DNA of 63,784 nucleotides, the filler included, from Intoshia linei (taxonomy: Eukaryota > Animalia > Orthonectida): NCBI GenBank assembly GCA_001642005.1. It is 5 parts of 5 records of this genome, joined end to end, with 100 filler letters (N's around TTAATTAATTAA, not from the genome) between each part and the next. Parts side by side here need not be neighbours in the genome. Positions count along the whole stretch, not along the records: positions 45,599 to 61,224 come from LWCA01000904.1; positions 61,325 to 63,784 come from LWCA01002310.1; 3 more parts are not named here. One strand, 5' to 3'. Within the stretch, counting starts at the first letter, position 1; every line of letters begins with the position of its first letter. Below the pieces are notes generated by a model, which saw nothing but the letters and a program-made list of their open reading frames with translations, searched no databases and was not told where the DNA came from. Below, one piece after another: positions 58,521 to 63,784 of the stretch. Position numbers and translations under genes: made by a program.

Positions 58521-60276
58521 AAATTTTTATTGTATTACTAACAGTATGAGTTATTTTTTTCTCGAGAATTCTCGAGAAATTGCAAGCACTAGCCACAGGT
58601 TAATATATACATTATGGCCTAATTGTTGCCTAATGATTATGCCATAATACAGTGTATGCTGTTAGGGGTCTTCAATATTTTTTTGGGCTAACTTTCATAG
58701 ACCATTCTACTTAAACAAGATATAAACTAAAAATTATTGTGAAACACTAATATAGATTTCATATAAATAAAAACATTGACGGGAAATTATTTTTATTTAT
58801 TTCAAAAATAACGTAAAATGAAGCAAAAATCTTTTGACAGCCCCAATACCATAAATTTATAAAAAAAATTATGTAGATTATTATCTAGTTTGACGTCACT
58901 TTCAAATACACATTGTTTATTAAAAAATGATCTCAATTCATATTATAATTATAATAGCTTCCAAAAGTGATGTTGAAAAAACGTATTTGAGTTTGACATG
59001 GTTAGTATACCGTGTATTAACAATATTTACTTCGTTCACTATTTTCTTTCGTATATCTGAAATATCGCAATTCTTTGGAGTACATTGCATTAAAATTTTT
59101 CCCGTTTTTCTAACTAAATATTTAATTGGTAATTACAATTCAATAAAATACGTTACTTATATAAAATGTAAGATCGGTTTGTATTACTGTTTACTATTAA
59201 ATTACTATTATTATTACTGTACTGTTAAAAAATGTTAAAAATGGGTTTCCATTTAATTTTACTCAGTATTATTTTGTTTTACGCAGTATTAATTACTTTT
59301 ACACAGATTGAAATAAAATTTTCAACGTTTCCCCCCATTTTTACAAAAATTATAAATATTTCCACTCACTTTTACAGATTTATCGTAAATTTCATTTTTA
59401 GAAATTGAGTTCTTCATAGTTAAAAACCCAATTTACACTTTTTTATAATTAATTAAGGTAAGGTAAATTAAATAAAAATAAAATCAACTCTAGAATTTAA
59501 AAAAAATTAAATTCTGGGACGCTTTTTAATATAATTAATATTATCGTAAATCTCAACCTTTAAAAATTCATGGTAAAAACCACAAACTATCTTTTAATAA
59601 GAAAAAAGTAACCGAAAATATTATAAAATACTAGCATGACTATTGTGTAGTTCATACAACAACTCTCAACAACAATCTCTGCCGATGGCGAACGTTTTTA
59701 ATTATACCTAAAAAATAAATTCTATAACACTGTCCAACAAAATTTCGGCAAACTGACCGAAACTTTTGTTATATGTAAGTGAACCAGTATACATCTATTT
59801 TTAAAAAAAATGTATCAATTTCAAGATCGACTTTGGATTTAATTAAGGGTTAAAGTTTTTTTTTAAAGAGGTACACTCCACCGTGAGATCTATTTACAAT
59901 TAATATTGTATATTACATATGGTAAAATTGATAGATAGACATATACGTCTACATATGTATAAAAAAATTGTCATTAATTATTTAATTACTTTAATTAATT
60001 AACTCTAATTTTAAGGCAACATCGACAAACTATATGAAATAAAAATTTTTTAGATACACTACTTACATTACACGTAAAATCAACTTTTTCGGGTTACCCA
60101 TAGATGAATCTTGTTCAATATCAAGAATGTAAGTGATAGACATAAATTTCATAAATTAAGATATAAGAATGTATCAAGTAAAAATATATTTAATAAAAAA
60201 AGTAATAATTAGATAAATTTAAAATTTATTTTTTATTGAACACCAAACAAAATCACAAATCATAAATCATCATAAA

Positions 60277-60720
60277 TCATAAATTTAATGATCTACATCT
60301 TCCAAAACGTCTTTCATATAACATCATAGTTTGATGAAATTGTTCACCATTTTCGTCTACCACATACCGCAGTTTAGCGCAAAGTAATCTAAATGATATT
60401 CTAGGTAATGCATTTTTATGGTATAAAGGCAGTTCATTTCTTGGTATTTTATCAATAACTCTTCGATTAAATCCATGTAATTGTCTTATCATTTGTTATC
60501 AAAAAAAATGAAATAATATTTTCCAGTGCATTAAATGCATCTTTTTATTCAGGATTAAGGTTAGATATTTATTTTTGTGATGAATTAGATAACAATTCGG
60601 ACTTATGGTTGATGAATTGAATAATTTTTTCATGAGACCCATAATATTAATATAATTAACAGCATCGTTTTTTTCATAAAATTTTAAAAATACATCTCGA
60701 CGATTTCAATGGTCCTTAGA
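60277..60720 (-). mobile_element. Degenerate DNA-transposase remnant (Chapaev3/CMC-like)
   Basis: VDENGEQFHQTMMLYERRFGR resembles the SDEQGERFHQDI..ME.RYQGR motif. Family assignment is from recall of the motif. Confidence 0.5.
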
Positions 60721-61224
60721 AAAAACTAATTTTTTAGTTCATATTTTGTTTTTAAACCAGCTCATCATATAAAATATTAAATGTATTACAAAAAGCATCA
60801 GTTTGACATATTAATTTACTAGACCTATTAATATTTAGATATATTCCTCACATGTAATTTATTGTAATCTGTCGAATCATGTCTATCTATTATAATTCTT
60901 GGTTTAAATCTTGTTTAAATGTTTCGTGAGAATGCAATTATCAAATTGACTCATCGCTTTAATTAATTGAAATATGTAATAAAAACTTTATTTGACATGT
61001 AAAACATGTCACTATGTTTTTTTGTGGGTAAAAATTTAATAGAATAGTAAAATTACTAATTAAAATATTACATGTTTTAGATCTTCAATTATAAAAATAT
61101 GTATATCGTTAGAATGACAAAAATTAGCTGATTATCTATATATCAGTGGCGTAGCGTCATAGTGTGCATTGTGTTCGCCGAACACCCTAGACAATTTAAA
61201 ATTTAAAAAAATTATATTTAATAA

Positions 61225-61324
61225 NNNNNNNNNNNNNNNNNNNNNNNNNNNNNNNNNNNNNNNNNNNNTTAATTAATTAANNNNNNNNNNNNNNNNNNNN
61301 NNNNNNNNNNNNNNNNNNNNNNNN
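61225..61324. other. Artificial 100-nt gap spacer
   Basis: Same N44-TTAATTAATTAA-N44. Confidence 0.98.
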
Positions 61325-61511
61325 TTTTTTTTTTTTTTATAAAGATTAATTATTTAATACATAAAAAAAATATAAAATGGTTGAAAATAAATATTTCCAC
61401 CCTTAATGTATTACATATATTCATTTCTTGTGTTGTAGTTTTCTAATGACACGTATGAATTTTTTTCGCTTGTCATTTATGTGCGCTGCACAAAGAACCA
61501 ACAATGGATAT

Positions 61512-61700
61512 CTATGTCTTAATAAATGTTATTAATGGATTATAGTCCGTATATGCTGTAAATTCTGAATCCAATATGTAGTATTTAAATTTTTCGAAGG
61601 ACCATACCAAAGCGAGGAATTCTTTGTTGACTGTTGCATATTGTGTTTGCGTCGGATTTAATAGTCGACTGGCGTATTCTATTATATTTTGTTTTTGTCG
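61512..61700 (-). mobile_element. Ty3/gypsy RNase H fragment
   Basis: IEYASRLLNPTQTQYATVNKEFLALVWSFEKFKYYILDSEFTAYTDYNPL. Confidence 0.85.
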
Positions 61701-61789
61701 CAGAACATTAAATTGAATATTGAAATACTTCAAAAATAATGGTCACTGGATTTTTATTGGATAATTATTGGGTAGCACGAGACACTGTC

Positions 61790-62278
61790 GTGAGGTCACA
61801 TGACGAAAATAACGCAAAACCAGTTGACAGTGGACTGGAGACTACTTCTCTCTTGATTCTGTTTAGATCACGTTAAGACAAGCACTTTGGACGGCCCTTT
61901 TCCATACGATTGCATTTTTTACCAGGATTTTCTGTCCATTTTTTAATTGTGCGGTGATCTCTGCCTAAAACCCTGGCAACATCAATGGTTTTATGCCCCT
62001 GAGCAAGTAATTTGGTAATTTTATTTATTTTCGTCTACTGTAAGATCGGATTTTTGGCCCATTTTGTAAATTTTCCTAATGTTTTGATACACGAGAATAT
62101 TAAATTGAGCAGTAATTGATTCAAATAAACTTTAATATAATAGATATGACAATAATTTTTAGTTAACCAGGTGCGCCTATAAAACTATAATTTATTTTTT
62201 TAATAATTTAAGATAAACCTGCTTAGTAACTCATTATGATCATTTTATTGATTTGCCTAATGTTTTTGATACACAGTG
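61790..62278 (-). mobile_element. Tc1-like element, left end with frameshifted HTH region
   Basis: TA|CACTGTGTATCAAAAACATTAGG terminus with an inner direct repeat at 62075-62092 (IR/DR layout). ATG 62062 gives MGQKSDLTVDE / KITKLLAQGHKTIDVARVLGRDHRTIKKW..KGRPK. Confidence 0.78.
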
Positions 62279-62824
62279 TATGTAGTCATTGGTCTACTAA
62301 TGTTTATTTGTTATCACAATGTTAATTATTACTATTTACGGACATATTATATTCCGATTTTGATGCATCTTCAAAAAATTTACTACACATTTTTAAAATA
62401 TATAAAAAAACTGGTAAATTAACTTAGTAACTAACAATTCTGTGTTGACAACAGAGTTGCCAGATTAAAAAGTTCATATTGCGCAGAATACTGCGTTAGA
62501 AAACTTAAATTTAAAAACTTTAAATTGATTGTCTTCAAATTATTTGATTTAATTAGAATATTCTAAATATCCGGTCTCGTGAAATTCATATTGTACAGAA
62601 ACCACTGTATTTGTAAAACAATGAAGTATTTAATTCCATTATTCTACATCTTGAAATTAAAGGATTTATATATACTGGTCTAATTGTCTTTAAGTGGTCT
62701 GTTTCGGTTTCTAAAGAAGATTCAAATGATCCAGGATATATCTGAATTCTATGACTGTAGGGTTCTGAATTTTTATTTAAACATCTGATTAATATTAACT
62801 GGTCTTTTGTTAACTTTCATTATA

Positions 62825-63784
62825 TTAGGTCGTTTCATAAGTAATGTCGTTTTTTTAATAAAATTAAAAATTTTATTTGATTACATTTAAAATAAAGTTA
62901 TATTATAAAATATTCACCATTGCTTTCCACAGTCTTTTTTTAACGTTCCAGTAGTCTATTTATATCATTAGCATAAAAACTCGCTTTTTTATTGGACCAA
63001 AAATTTTCTATGTCCAATTTTAACCCTTCATTTGAAGTGTATTTTTACCATAGTAATGGTTACTCATAGCTTTAAATAGGTAATAATCAGATGGTGCTAA
63101 GCCTGATGAATACGGTGGATGTGGTAATACTTCAAATTTTAACTCCTTAGAAGATAAGAGGATTTTTTTAAAAGTGTGAGGTCTAGCATTGTCTTGTTGT
63201 AGAATAATATTGCCTTTACGAAACTTTAGTGGTCTTTTCAGGTAANTTTACGAAACTTTAGTGGTCTTTTCAGGTAAATATTGTGATTTAATTTTTCTAA
63301 TTGTTCACAGTATTTATCAGAATTAATGGTTTCTTTGTTTTTTAGAAATTCATGATATACCACACCCTCCATATCCCACCATATGCATAGCATAATCTTT
63401 TTACAGTGTAAATTGGTGAAAGCCATTGTTTTTTCAATTTTGTGTTACCATATCCATAATACCCATTTTTCATCTCCTGTGATAATTTGTTCTAAAAATG
63501 ATTCATTTTTAAGCCTTTTAAGTAGTGATTTGCAAGTATTTAAACGATTTAATTTGTGTTGACTAGTCAATAAATGAGGAACCCAAATACCACATCGATT
63601 CGATGTATTCATCATTTTAAGAGCTCGATGTACACTTGTTGTTGAACAACCAGTAACATTTGATAATGACGTAGATTTTTGAATTGGAGATTTTATCAAT
63701 TCCTCTTTAATTTTGTCTTCATTTACTAGTCTAGGTCTACCGGAACGTTGGACATTTTCTAGGTTATAATTGTTTTGTCTGAAC
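62825..63784 (-). mobile_element. Mariner (DD34D) element, frameshifted, running off the window
   Basis: RSGRP, WVPHLL, IITGDEKW, MLCIWWDMEGV, QQDNARPH, HPPYSSGLAPSDYYLF, stop at 62898. Right TIR TA|TTAGGTCGTTTCATAAGTAATGTCGTTTT. Confidence 0.92.

Noticed and set aside
57870-59238. ORFs 57870-58307 and 58927-59238 as genes
   Set aside because: Low-complexity I/K/F/Y-rich translations lying among MITE-like termini (57676, 58390, 58663); no domain recognised.
63215-63277. 31-bp tandem duplication inside the mariner transposase
   Set aside because: Exact copies separated by a single N; this looks like an unmerged contig overlap.

Overview
AT-rich, intron-containing DNA from a fast-evolving, ciliated animal. 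It is not prokaryotic, and I see no rRNA, tRNA or CRISPR. Many introns are only 31-45 nt; a compact parasite genome such as an orthonectid would fit, but that is inference. Four identical 100-nt spacers (N44-TTAATTAATTAA-N44) split the window into five pieces whose adjacency is not guaranteed. Genes reconstructed by hand: 3' part of DPP8/9 (+), MRPL54 (+), TMEM177 (+), a divergent F-BAR-like protein (-), a disrupted secreted serpin (+), a coiled-coil gene fragment (-), KIF21 (+), two convergent CD225/dispanin-like paralogues, a PHD+HMG-only KMT2C/D homologue with no SET domain (-), 3' exons of DNAAF4 (-), guanylate kinase (+), APEH (-) and a ZnT-like remnant (-). Long introns and intergenic DNA are full of DNA-transposon debris: hAT MITEs with 8-bp TSDs, TAGGGTG-ended hATm-like elements, a non-autonomous Helitron-like family, and Tc1, mariner, Chapaev-like and gypsy fragments. 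Best leads: an apparent fission/reduction of KMT2C/D resembling Drosophila Lpt, the dispanin-like pair, the serpin with in-frame TAA/TAG stops, and acceptor-like TTTAG|AAATG starts. All homology calls come from motif recognition, not from database searches.
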